Source: a virus
Lineage: Duplodnaviria > Caudoviricetes
Length of the DNA stretch: 40,914 nucleotides
Reading direction: 5' to 3' (one strand)
Virus record (IMG/VR): IMGVR_UViG_3300017700_000575
Span: 1-40,914 of that record
Positions within the stretch are counted from its first letter, which is position 1, and each line of letters starts with the position of its first letter. Below the pieces are notes generated by a model, which saw only the letters and a list, made by a program, of their open reading frames with translations, had not been told where the DNA came from and made no database searches. The position numbers were made by a program, and so were the translations under genes. Below are positions 32,544 through 40,914 of this stretch, one piece after another.

Positions 32544-32965
32544 TGGCCGGTCCGGCGCAGGGTAATATGATGCAGCTTGCAGCGGCTTTGATGCGCAATC
32601 GCGCGCCTCAGTCGCGACCGGCGGCATTTGCCCAGCCCTATGCCGGCCCGACCAATGACGGCGGATTGCCGCCGTTCCAGATCCCCGGCCTGAACAGCGC
32701 ACCCTCGATGGTTCCGGCCGACGTGGTCCGCAACACCCAGCCGACTGCGGCGTTGCCGTCCATGCCGCCGGTCACCGTGACGGCCCAGGCACCGCAGATG
32801 CAGCCGCAGGAGGCGCCAATGCCCGCCCCCGAAGCGCCGGCAATGTCCCCGCCCCAGTCTGTGCGCAGCGATGTGATGGCTGCGCTTCAGCAACTACAGG
32901 CGCAGGGCAAGCTTCCCGAGCAGTGGAAGGGGGCATTTTCTCCAGGCTACGGCGAGCCCGTATGA
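32543..32965 (+). CDS. Pro/Gln-rich hypothetical protein
   Basis: TGATG and ATGA coupling. Confidence 0.55.
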   Translation: MAGPAQGNMMQLAAALMRNRAPQSRPAAFAQPYAGPTNDGGLPPFQIPGLNSAPSMVPADVVRNTQPTAALPSMPPVTVTAQAPQMQPQEAPMPAPEAPAMSPPQSVRSDVMAALQQLQAQGKLPEQWKGAFSPGYGEPV

Positions 32966-33684
32966 CCGCTCTTTCGATCATTCAGACGGTTTGCGCGTGG
33001 CAGGCCTTGCCCATCCCGACTGCGCTCTTTTCGTCGATGGACCCGCAGACGGTCGAGATGCGGTCGCTCCTGAACGAAGAAATCGGTGAACTCGCCCGCT
33101 GGCCCGACTCGCTATGGCGCAAGCTCATGCGCCAGCACACGTTCATCAGCGAGGATTCCGACGTTCAGACGTTGAGCCCGCTGCCGGACGATCTCGAGTA
33201 TATCATCCCCTCGACCATGTGGGACCGCACGATGACGCGGCCCTGCCTGGGGCCGATCGACCCGCAGACGTGGCAGGCATGGAAGGCGCGGCCGATTCTG
33301 ACCAGCGTGCTGTGGGGCTGGCGCCTACGCGGCAACGAGTTCCTGACGGCGCCCAATCCTCCAGCCGGCGATACGGTCTGCTACGAGTATGTGAGCAATC
33401 TGTGCGTCTATTCGGATGGCGCCACGACGCCCGACAAGCAATATTTCACGGCCGACAGCGATACCAGCATCTTCAATGAGCTGATGGTGGCCCGCGGCGT
33501 GCGCTGGCGCTTTCTCAGCCAGAAGAAACTCGACTACACCCAGGAATATCAGGTGTGGATCGGCCTGGTGCAGCGCGAGGTCAGCCGCAACAAGGGCATG
33601 CCGGTGCTCAATGCCGCCAATCCGACGTGGCCGGCGCTCGCGGGGCCGTATGTGCCCTCGTTCGGTTTCCCTGGGCCTACCTGA
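32962..33684 (+). CDS. Head-tail adaptor (tail tubular protein A-like)
   Basis: MT.L.IIQ.VC; T.WDRT; GP..PQ.WQ; G..WRF; position. Confidence 0.75.
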   Translation: MTALSIIQTVCAWQALPIPTALFSSMDPQTVEMRSLLNEEIGELARWPDSLWRKLMRQHTFISEDSDVQTLSPLPDDLEYIIPSTMWDRTMTRPCLGPIDPQTWQAWKARPILTSVLWGWRLRGNEFLTAPNPPAGDTVCYEYVSNLCVYSDGATTPDKQYFTADSDTSIFNELMVARGVRWRFLSQKKLDYTQEYQVWIGLVQREVSRNKGMPVLNAANPTWPALAGPYVPSFGFPGPT

Positions 33685-33932
33685 TGGCGGACGAGCTTCA
33701 ACAGCTCGCCCCACAGCAACTGTGGCGTAGGCAGGTCGCGCAGAGGCTTGGAGGGGGTGGCGCGGTGCTGTCGGTCAGTGCAGTGACCGGATTCTCCTAT
33801 CTGCCGGTCGTGGGCGGCGTGCCCACCGGGACCCCCACGCCTGTGAGCGGGCTGTCCGCGATCTGCATCAGCAGCACGGACTACCGCCTGTATTGGTTTG
33901 TCGGCGGCGCGTGGCGGAAGGCTGGTCCCTGA
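33684..33932 (+). CDS. Small virion protein with a fibre-tip-like motif
   Basis: GF.YLP...G.PTGTPT...RLY.F.GGAW; TGATG coupling on both sides. Confidence 0.6.
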   Translation: MADELQQLAPQQLWRRQVAQRLGGGGAVLSVSAVTGFSYLPVVGGVPTGTPTPVSGLSAICISSTDYRLYWFVGGAWRKAGP

Positions 33933-35485
33933 TGTTCATTCCGGCCTCCCTCGATCCGCGCTTTCGCCTGAAGAAGCAGAAGGCCATGTCTTTCAGCCTG
34001 CCGGCTCCTGTCGGTGGCCTGAACGCGCGCGATGCGCTGACCAACATGGAAAAGCAGGATGCCGTCATCCTGAACAACGTATTTCCCGAGGCCACGACGC
34101 TTTCAGTGCGCGGGGGCTATGTCGAGTCTTCTACGGGCATGACGGACCCGGTGCGGTCTTTGCTGACGTGGAACGGCCTGACGGGCGCCGACAAGCTCTT
34201 TGCAGGCGCTGGGACGGCCATCTGGGACGTGAACACAGCCACGGCCTCGACCGTCGTCACCGGGCTCACCAACGTCGATTTCCAGTGGACCAACATTAAG
34301 ACGCCTGGCGGCATCTTCCTCGTCTACTGCAACGGGGCCGATGCTGTCGGGCATTACAACGGCACGGTATGGGCCAACCCGGCCATTACGGGCGTGACGA
34401 GCTCGACCCTGATCAATGTCTGCCAGTTCAAGGAGCGCCTGTGGTTCGCCCAGCGCGATTCGCTGGATGTCTATTACCTGGGGCTGCAGTCGATCTCCGG
34501 GGCCGCGACGCTGTTTCCTTTGGGCTCCGTCTTCCGCCGCGGCGGCTATGTGATCGGCATCGGCACCTTCTCCAATGATGCAGGCGAGGGGCCTGACGAC
34601 TTCCTGACGTTCATCACGAACAACGGGGAAATTGCCGTCTATCAGGGAACGGACCCCAGCAGCATCAACACCTTCGCCCTGGTGGGCCGGTTTGATGTCG
34701 GCATGCCGCTCGGCCGGCGCTGCACGGTGCGGGCCTCTGGCGACCTTGGCATCATCACGCAGGACGGCGTGGTTAGCATGCAGGCAGCATTGCGGTTCGA
34801 TCGCGCCAGCATTCAGCGCGCAACGATCACGGGCAAGATCCAGACGCTCTTCAGCCAGTACGCCCAGGACTACAAGCAGAATTTCGGCTGGTCGCCCTGT
34901 ATCTTCCCCAAGTCGCGCTATTTCATCGTCAACGTCCCGGTTTATTCCGACTCGAGCCAGATCCAGCTCGTAATGAACACGATCACGGGGGCCTGGTGCC
35001 GTTTTACGGGCATGGCGGGGCCTTGCTGGGGTGTGGCCAACGACCGACTGTATTTCGGTGGCAACGCCGGGACGGTCTATGAGGCCAATGTCGGCTATCT
35101 CGACAACGCGACCACGAATATCGAATGGGAAGTGCAGACCTCCTGGCAGATGCTGGCCGGGCCGACCAACAAGGCCTTCACCATGGTACGGCCGACGATG
35201 GTCGTGGGGACGGGCGTGCGCTTTGGCATCACGGTCAACGTTGATTTCCGCTCGCAGGCGCCCGTGATTGCCCTTGATGCTCTGTCCGCCGGGACGGCGA
35301 CCATGACCTGGCCATGGACGTGGCCGGGGACCTGGGGCGGCCAGAGCGTTATTGACCAGCGGTGGCAGTCGTTCGGCGTGTTCGGGACGTGGTCGAGCGT
35401 CTACATGGCGGGGACGGTGCGCGATGGCGGCTGTTCGATCAACGATTTCGAGTTGATCGCGGAGAAGGGGGGACCGCTAGGATGA
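33932..35485 (+). CDS. Tail nozzle / packaged-DNA stabilisation protein (tail tubular B-like)
   Basis: LPAPVGGLNARD; beta-rich; FK.RLWF; ~517 aa; position. Confidence 0.8.
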   Translation: MFIPASLDPRFRLKKQKAMSFSLPAPVGGLNARDALTNMEKQDAVILNNVFPEATTLSVRGGYVESSTGMTDPVRSLLTWNGLTGADKLFAGAGTAIWDVNTATASTVVTGLTNVDFQWTNIKTPGGIFLVYCNGADAVGHYNGTVWANPAITGVTSSTLINVCQFKERLWFAQRDSLDVYYLGLQSISGAATLFPLGSVFRRGGYVIGIGTFSNDAGEGPDDFLTFITNNGEIAVYQGTDPSSINTFALVGRFDVGMPLGRRCTVRASGDLGIITQDGVVSMQAALRFDRASIQRATITGKIQTLFSQYAQDYKQNFGWSPCIFPKSRYFIVNVPVYSDSSQIQLVMNTITGAWCRFTGMAGPCWGVANDRLYFGGNAGTVYEANVGYLDNATTNIEWEVQTSWQMLAGPTNKAFTMVRPTMVVGTGVRFGITVNVDFRSQAPVIALDALSAGTATMTWPWTWPGTWGGQSVIDQRWQSFGVFGTWSSVYMAGTVRDGGCSINDFELIAEKGGPLG

Positions 35486-35940
35486 AGCGCCGCCTGCTCT
35501 GGGGGCACGACCAGACGGTTATCGACTTCGTGGCCGAGCGCGCCCCGATCGAGCGGCCCCTGTGGCGCGATCTCTACGCCGGCATTGGGATCCTGCGCGA
35601 AGATGGCGGCCTGATCGGCGGCATCGTCTTTTCCGAGTACAAGCCGCAATTTTCTACTGTTGAAGTGAGCGTTGCTGGAGTAACATCGTACCTGTTCGAC
35701 ACCCAAATCTTCCGAGACATCGGCGTCTTCGTATTTGGACAGTTGAACATCCTCAGAGTTTCAGCGCGCACCTGCGATTCCAACTTGCGAGCCAAGGCCA
35801 TGTTGAGGGCCATCGGCTTCAAGAACGAAGGCGTAAAGGTGCACTATTTTGGCCGGGGCCATCATGCCAGCGATTGGCGGGTTATCCGTCCGGAATGGGA
35901 AGCAAAGTGGGGCTCGGTAGAGCTCCAGAAGGCGGCCTAG
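35482..35940 (+). CDS. GNAT-fold virion assembly protein
   Basis: N.RA...L..IGFK.EG motif; sits between nozzle and ejection genes. Confidence 0.75.
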   Translation: MKRRLLWGHDQTVIDFVAERAPIERPLWRDLYAGIGILREDGGLIGGIVFSEYKPQFSTVEVSVAGVTSYLFDTQIFRDIGVFVFGQLNILRVSARTCDSNLRAKAMLRAIGFKNEGVKVHYFGRGHHASDWRVIRPEWEAKWGSVELQKAA

Positions 35941-36876
35941 ATGCAAGGCGGTGGCGGCAGCGCACCAACCTTCAACTCTCAGTACGTGTCGCAGCAGCAG
36001 GACAAGGCCAACGTCCTAGCTGGCGTCGATACCATGCGCCTGAACAACGTCAACCAGATCACGCCGTATGGCAACCTGAGCTATGCCGAGACGGGCGGCA
36101 CGCACGACTGGAACGGGAATTGGATTCCGCAGTTCACGGCGACGCAGACGCTTTCCCCCGAGCAAAAGGCCATCTACGACAAGACCACGGGACTGCAGAG
36201 CGGCGCGCTGGACACGGCCAAGACGGCCCTCGGCAACGTCAACTCGGCGCTCAGCACGCCGCTTAATTTCGACGGCCTTCAGGAAATCAAGGACCAGGGC
36301 CAGTTCCGCGACGACGCCTACAACGCCATCTCGGCGCGCGGTTCCAAGTCGATCGCAGATGCCGAGAATGCCCAGAAGGTCCAGCTCGCTAACGGAGGCG
36401 TTGCGGCGGGGTCGGACGCCTATGCCCGCGGCCTGCGCGAGTACGGCGAGGCTCGCAACGATCTGGCCAATACGGCCCTGCTCGGTGCGACGCAGCTTGC
36501 CGGCGAGAATATCAACCAGGCCGTCGGGCTCCGCAACCAAGGCATCAACGAGCGCCTGACGCTGCGCAACCAGCCGATTCAGGACCTGACGGCGCTGCTA
36601 GGCTTTGGCGGTGGCGTGACGCAGCCCAACTTCGTGAACACGCCGCAGAGCCAAGTTCAGGCTACCGACGTGACCGGGCCAGCCATTGCGCAGTATCAGG
36701 CCCAGCTTCAACGCCAACAGCAACAGGCTCAGTCCAGTAACGCGCTGATGGGGGGATTGTTCGGGTTGGGCGGCTCGATCCTCGGCGGCACTCTGGCTGG
36801 TCCCTTGGGGGGGAAGATCGGCGGCAGCCTGTTCGGCTTGGGCGGCAGCGCCGCAGGGAGCGGTACCCAGTGGTAA
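35941..36876 (+). CDS. DNA ejection (internal virion) protein
   Basis: GGGG.AP start; NQ.TPYG.L.Y; QTLSPEQ; Gly-rich hydrophobic C-terminus. Confidence 0.7.
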   Translation: MQGGGGSAPTFNSQYVSQQQDKANVLAGVDTMRLNNVNQITPYGNLSYAETGGTHDWNGNWIPQFTATQTLSPEQKAIYDKTTGLQSGALDTAKTALGNVNSALSTPLNFDGLQEIKDQGQFRDDAYNAISARGSKSIADAENAQKVQLANGGVAAGSDAYARGLREYGEARNDLANTALLGATQLAGENINQAVGLRNQGINERLTLRNQPIQDLTALLGFGGGVTQPNFVNTPQSQVQATDVTGPAIAQYQAQLQRQQQQAQSSNALMGGLFGLGGSILGGTLAGPLGGKIGGSLFGLGGSAAGSGTQW

Positions 36877-36878
36877 CG

Positions 36879-37517
36879 CTACTCTCTGATCGGAAGGTTC
36901 AAGCGTTGGGTCGTGCCCGATTGGCCCGGCCAATCATTGAACACGGCATCCATGATGTAAGGCATGACAACATTCAGGTTGGGGATGCTGCCTACGCTTG
37001 TCGCCGTGGATTCGTAGACCACAGCGGGTTTATTGGCGGTCGTTCTCTTGGCATCAAGGATGTAGACGCGCACACGCCGTGTGTAGACGGTATCCTCCAC
37101 GGGAGCGTATCCGGTAACACCGAAGGTCGGGGGCGTGTAGGTCGAGCCCGAAATAGGTGTTCGGCCGACATATCCCGTAGTGGTCGTAGTCGTGCCGCCC
37201 CCGGTCTGTCCGTAGACCGGAACGGAAGACACCGTGGTCCGGCCGCCGTCTATAACATAGGTCAGGAAAACAGCCAGGTCCGCTTCGGAGGCGTAATCGA
37301 CCCGGACAAGGCCCTTGTTAGTCAGGCGCCTGGATACAAGGTTGGCGTAGTTCCGCCACTCAAGACTGCCTTCTTGATCCGGGATCGGCACCATGGCGAA
37401 GGTCTTGCCCGTGGGGGCTTCCTGCAGCGTATGGAAGGCCGTCACTTCTGTTTGAACGCGCGGGGTTGTCGAGCAGGCGCCCAGCAAGACGGCAAGCACC
37501 AAAGCAATATATCGCAT
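36879..37517 (-). CDS. Lipoprotein moron, DUF4136-like
   Basis: MRYIALVLAVLLGA-C lipobox; V...VT.FH; YTR...I; F..WPG.SG; GGAG RBS; opposite strand. Confidence 0.8.
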   Translation of the reverse strand: MRYIALVLAVLLGACSTTPRVQTEVTAFHTLQEAPTGKTFAMVPIPDQEGSLEWRNYANLVSRRLTNKGLVRVDYASEADLAVFLTYVIDGGRTTVSSVPVYGQTGGGTTTTTTGYVGRTPISGSTYTPPTFGVTGYAPVEDTVYTRRVRVYILDAKRTTANKPAVVYESTATSVGSIPNLNVVMPYIMDAVFNDWPGQSGTTQRLNLPIRE

Positions 37518-37582
37518 CGTTATTCTCCGCCCCGTCGGGCCGGACAATACCAGCATCACCATGCAACCGCTAGGGGTGCCCG

Positions 37583-39319
37583 ATGAGCGACGCCCTCGCT
37601 GCCGCCCTGCTGGCGACCCAGAAGCGCCAAGCCGATCCGAACGAGCGTTATCGCAAGTACGGCGAAATGCTCATGCAGCAGGGTGCCAGTACGGCCCCCG
37701 TGCGCTCGCCTCTGGAGGGACTTGCTCGAGCCCTGACGGGAGCCGCGGGCGGCTTCTTTGCCGGACAGGCAGACCGCACACAGGAAGAGAAGCAGAGGCG
37801 CACGCTTGAAGGCCTGTCGTCTGCCCTTGCGGCGCCGGATGAAGCCTCGCGCAATCAGATCCTGCAAGGCCTGAAGGGCGACCCGGATATCCTGGCACCG
37901 TTCCTGGCCACGACGCTTTCGCAGAAGATCGCCGACGAGCGGAAGAACGGTATTCTTGACCGCCGGCTTGATGCGTCTGGCGTTCCTGGCTTGGGCGGCG
38001 GGACGGGTCTTGGCGGCGGCCAGCCGGGTCCGCTCACCATCAACATGACTCCGCTGCCTAATCAGTCGGTTGCGCCGGGCGCGTTCGCGAACAACACCGG
38101 GAATATTCGAGCAACCCCAGGTGTGTCTTTCCCCGGACAAGGCGCGCCGCAGAATGGCTTTATGACGTTCGAAACGCCGCAAGCGGGCGTCAACGCGCAT
38201 CTGGCCAATCTGCAGGCCTATGGGAAGGCAAATCCCAATATCACGGTGGCGCAGGCAATCGCGAAGTGGGCGCCCCCGACAGAGAACAACACCCAGCAGT
38301 ATATCAGTCAGGTGGCGGAGGGGACGGGCATCAATCCCGGCATGCCGCTGGCGGAGGTGCTGCGGGACCCCGCGATGGCGGCGCAGCTTCTCGACGCGAT
38401 GACCCGCAAAGAGAAGGGCGGCCTGCCTACCGGCGTCACGGCCGACACATTCATGGCGGCGACCGGCGGCGGCCAGCCCCCGGTACAGGTCGCACAGGGC
38501 GGCGGAGACCCCTCTGGCACGCCTATCCAGCCGCGTCCGCAGACCGCTCCAGCCATCGTCACGCCAGACCTACCGGAGATCAGCCCGGCCGCCGCCACCT
38601 TGTTCCAGCAGGCCCAGCAGCTCCGCGCTGGCGGAGACCGCGAGGGCGCCTTGGCGCTCATGCAGCAGGCGCAGAAGGTCCAGGCGACCTACGCCCAGGA
38701 GCGCGCGCTCAAGATGGACGAGCGGGGCTACGGACAGGCCAAGACGGCCGACGAGCGCACCTACGGGCAGGAGAAGACCGCAGACCAGCGCGCCTACGAG
38801 GCGGCTGAGCACGATCGGCGCGAGGCCAACAAGCCTCTCACCAAGGACCAGTCAGACGCTGCGACGTTCGCTGATCGCATGGCTCGAAGCCACAGCATCC
38901 TGACCGATCCTCGCAAGGACGCTCCGCCGCTTGACGTCATGGGCACAAATGGCAGTGGGCGCCTGCTAGAGTCGAAGGTTTTTGGTGTGGGCATCCCAGG
39001 TGCCAACCGCGCCCTGAGTTCTGATTATCAGAAATTCATGCAGGCGCGGTCCAACTTCATCAACGCGCAGCTGCGCCGTGAATCGGGCGCGGTCATCAGC
39101 GACTCAGAATATGAGGCCGCCGACAAGCAGTATTTCCCGCAGCCCGGCGACAAGCCCGAGGTAATCGAGCAGAAGCGCCAGAATCGCATCGATGCCCTTG
39201 AGGGCATGAAGCGGGCGGCGGGCCGGGGCGGTCCGACTGCTGCGCCGACAGGTGGCGCGCAGAGCATTCCGAACGCTCCTGCGCCGGTCGACTACAAGAG
39301 CAAATACGGGCTCGATTGA
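37583..39319 (+). CDS. DNA ejection protein with an NNxGNIR lysozyme-like domain
   Basis: ANNTGNIR..F.TP.AG..YG...T....I.KWAP..ENNT..Y; F.NA.LR.ESGA.I..E....QYFPQPGD. Confidence 0.8.
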   Translation: MSDALAAALLATQKRQADPNERYRKYGEMLMQQGASTAPVRSPLEGLARALTGAAGGFFAGQADRTQEEKQRRTLEGLSSALAAPDEASRNQILQGLKGDPDILAPFLATTLSQKIADERKNGILDRRLDASGVPGLGGGTGLGGGQPGPLTINMTPLPNQSVAPGAFANNTGNIRATPGVSFPGQGAPQNGFMTFETPQAGVNAHLANLQAYGKANPNITVAQAIAKWAPPTENNTQQYISQVAEGTGINPGMPLAEVLRDPAMAAQLLDAMTRKEKGGLPTGVTADTFMAATGGGQPPVQVAQGGGDPSGTPIQPRPQTAPAIVTPDLPEISPAAATLFQQAQQLRAGGDREGALALMQQAQKVQATYAQERALKMDERGYGQAKTADERTYGQEKTADQRAYEAAEHDRREANKPLTKDQSDAATFADRMARSHSILTDPRKDAPPLDVMGTNGSGRLLESKVFGVGIPGANRALSSDYQKFMQARSNFINAQLRRESGAVISDSEYEAADKQYFPQPGDKPEVIEQKRQNRIDALEGMKRAAGRGGPTAAPTGGAQSIPNAPAPVDYKSKYGLD

Positions 39320-40914
39320 TGGCCGACACCGATCGCATCAAACGCAACCTCCAGAAGATGGCCGCGGCGAACGCGCCGGAAGCCGATATGGACGGTTATC
39401 TTGCGTCGGAAGGCTTCAACTCGGCCGCCGACTGGCGCGCCGCTCTTGCCCCCAAAGTGGTGGCGCAGGGCCGTTCCGACGCTGCCGCAAATGCGCTCGG
39501 CCAAGGCGCGACCTTCAATTTGGGTGACGAGATCGCCGCGGGCGTTCGTGCCGCCCTGCCTGACTTCTCCAACTGGATGATGAAGGGGCCGGCGTGGAAG
39601 CAGGTTGGCGGCGGCGAACCCACGCCACAGACCGTTTCAACGGCGCCGGACTTTCAAGGTCGCTATGACGAGGAACTGGCCAAGGCGCGCGCCCAGACCA
39701 AGGCCGACTCCGCAGCATACCCCGTCATGACGACTGGCGCGAATATCGCCGGCAACGTGGCAACCACGGCCCTGGCGCTGCCGGCGGCTGCGACCTCGCT
39801 TGGCCCGTCTCTGGTGGGCAATACCATCAAGCTTGGGGCGACGGGCGCAGCACTCGGTGGGGCGGCCGGATTCGGAGAAGGCGAGGGGGGCTTCGAGAAC
39901 CGGCTGGGTGCAGCCATCCTCCCGGCGGCTGTCGGCGGCGCGCTGGGTGCGGCCCTTCCCACGGCCGGCGCTATTGGCCGCTCTGTGGTTGAAAGCGCAC
40001 CGGGCCGATGGGTCGGGCGTGAAGTCGTGGCGCCGACAATGCGCCAGCTGGGCCTTGGAGGCGCGCCGCGCTCCTTGTCGGCCGCTGCACCCGATGGCGG
40101 CGCCGGTTCGGGCGGCATGCTGGCTCCCTTTGTCGACAGCGCGGCGAACACCGCGGAATCCGGCATGATCCAGCGCTTGGCGACCGCCCTGCAGCGCTCC
40201 AAGCTGGATCCGGCTCGAGTTGAAGGGCGCCTGACCCAACTGGGCGACGGCGCGATGCTGGCCGACGTTGATCCGCAATTCCTCTCCATGGCGCGGACGG
40301 TGAACACGCTGCCGGGGGAAACGCGATCGTTTGCCAAGAACGTGCTGGAGGGCCGCGATCGGCAGGCTGGGAATCGCCTCGTGTCGGCATTCGAAGGGGG
40401 CGAAAACCCGCCAAGCAGCTTTGCCCTGCGCGGGGAAGGGCAGGCCTTTGATCAAAACGCGCGCGCGGTGGGCCGACAGGTCTACCAGGGCGACATGGTA
40501 GATGCTGGCCTCAACCAGACGCCCCGCCTACGCCAGATGCTCGACCAGCCGGAAGTAGACGCCGCCATCAAGCGCGTGACCGAGAGCATTTCAAAGGCCC
40601 GCGCCGGCCGGCCTGACGCGCCCGCACCTTCGTCTATCGAAGTGATGCACATGGTAAAGCAGGAAATCGCCAAGCTGGGCGAGGATGCCGCCACCGGCCG
40701 GCCACTTTCCACGCAACAGGTTTGGCGCGACCTCGCCAACGACTTCGTGAACGCGCTCAAGGACGCCAACCCGGCTCTGCGCGCGGCCGACAAGGCCTAT
40801 GCAGAAGCCAAGTCCTTGCCGGAATTCTTCGACACGGGACGCTCTTTCCTGGGGAAGGGCAGCAGCGACAAGGCCACGGCCAATTCCGCGCCCGCACTGG
40901 CCGACATGCTTGCG
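39319..40914 (+). CDS. N-terminal part of the large ejection protein (continues across the origin to 657)
   Basis: TGATG coupling; QGATFNLGDEI motif; reads open to the window end. Confidence 0.75.
   Translation, partial: MADTDRIKRNLQKMAAANAPEADMDGYLASEGFNSAADWRAALAPKVVAQGRSDAAANALGQGATFNLGDEIAAGVRAALPDFSNWMMKGPAWKQVGGGEPTPQTVSTAPDFQGRYDEELAKARAQTKADSAAYPVMTTGANIAGNVATTALALPAAATSLGPSLVGNTIKLGATGAALGGAAGFGEGEGGFENRLGAAILPAAVGGALGAALPTAGAIGRSVVESAPGRWVGREVVAPTMRQLGLGGAPRSLSAAAPDGGAGSGGMLAPFVDSAANTAESGMIQRLATALQRSKLDPARVEGRLTQLGDGAMLADVDPQFLSMARTVNTLPGETRSFAKNVLEGRDRQAGNRLVSAFEGGENPPSSFALRGEGQAFDQNARAVGRQVYQGDMVDAGLNQTPRLRQMLDQPEVDAAIKRVTESISKARAGRPDAPAPSSIEVMHMVKQEIAKLGEDAATGRPLSTQQVWRDLANDFVNALKDANPALRAADKAYAEAKSLPEFFDTGRSFLGKGSSDKATANSAPALADMLA
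40792..40914. repeat. Terminal direct repeat, copy 2
   Basis: Identical to 1-123. Confidence 0.95.

Noticed and set aside
36870-36905. Remnant S74 chaperone motif (LSDRKV) after the ejection protein
   Set aside because: It is out of frame, short, and explained by the antisense lipoprotein codons
1-40914. CRISPR or other repeat-spacer array, IS transposase, retron RT, phage RNA or DNA polymerase
   Set aside because: No regularly spaced repeats or diagnostic motifs were seen by eye

Overview
The window is a complete, circularly assembled temperate podovirus-like phage genome with a 40,791-bp unit length; positions 1-123 repeat exactly at 40792-40914. The host is probably a GC-rich alphaproteobacterium, inferred from GapR-like, DnaA-C-terminal-like, GcrA-like and DUF1376-type genes. 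Gene order is: tail fibre/spike modules and lysis cassette (659-4647); accessory genes, attP carrying the 3' part of tRNA-Ser(GCT), integrase and excisionase (4644-7466); leftward early operon (7530-14442); immunity switch with five 17-bp operators (14500-15304); rightward regulation/replication operon (15301-22624); and the late operon (HNH, glycosyltransferase-like protein, TerS/TerL, portal, scaffold, capsid, tail adaptor/nozzle, GNAT, ejection proteins, 22658 to the end and across the origin). The most unusual signal is a set of covarying hairpin motifs at accessory-gene junctions: G(T/C)TC-hairpin 5' motifs and AGGACTCC-[GA-mismatch GCGAAGC hairpin]-CACCCCT 3' motifs. They look like ssDNA-folded boundaries of mobile gene cassettes but are not integron attC sites. 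Other notable signals are a near-perfect tRNA-Gly(UCC) with its own extended -10 lying antisense inside a CDS, two related structured leaders (one feeding a mini-ORF coupled to the holin), gene starts and ends shared by unrelated genes, and an in-frame TAG splitting a repeat-bearing fibre gene. All family assignments come from motif recognition by eye; no searches were run.
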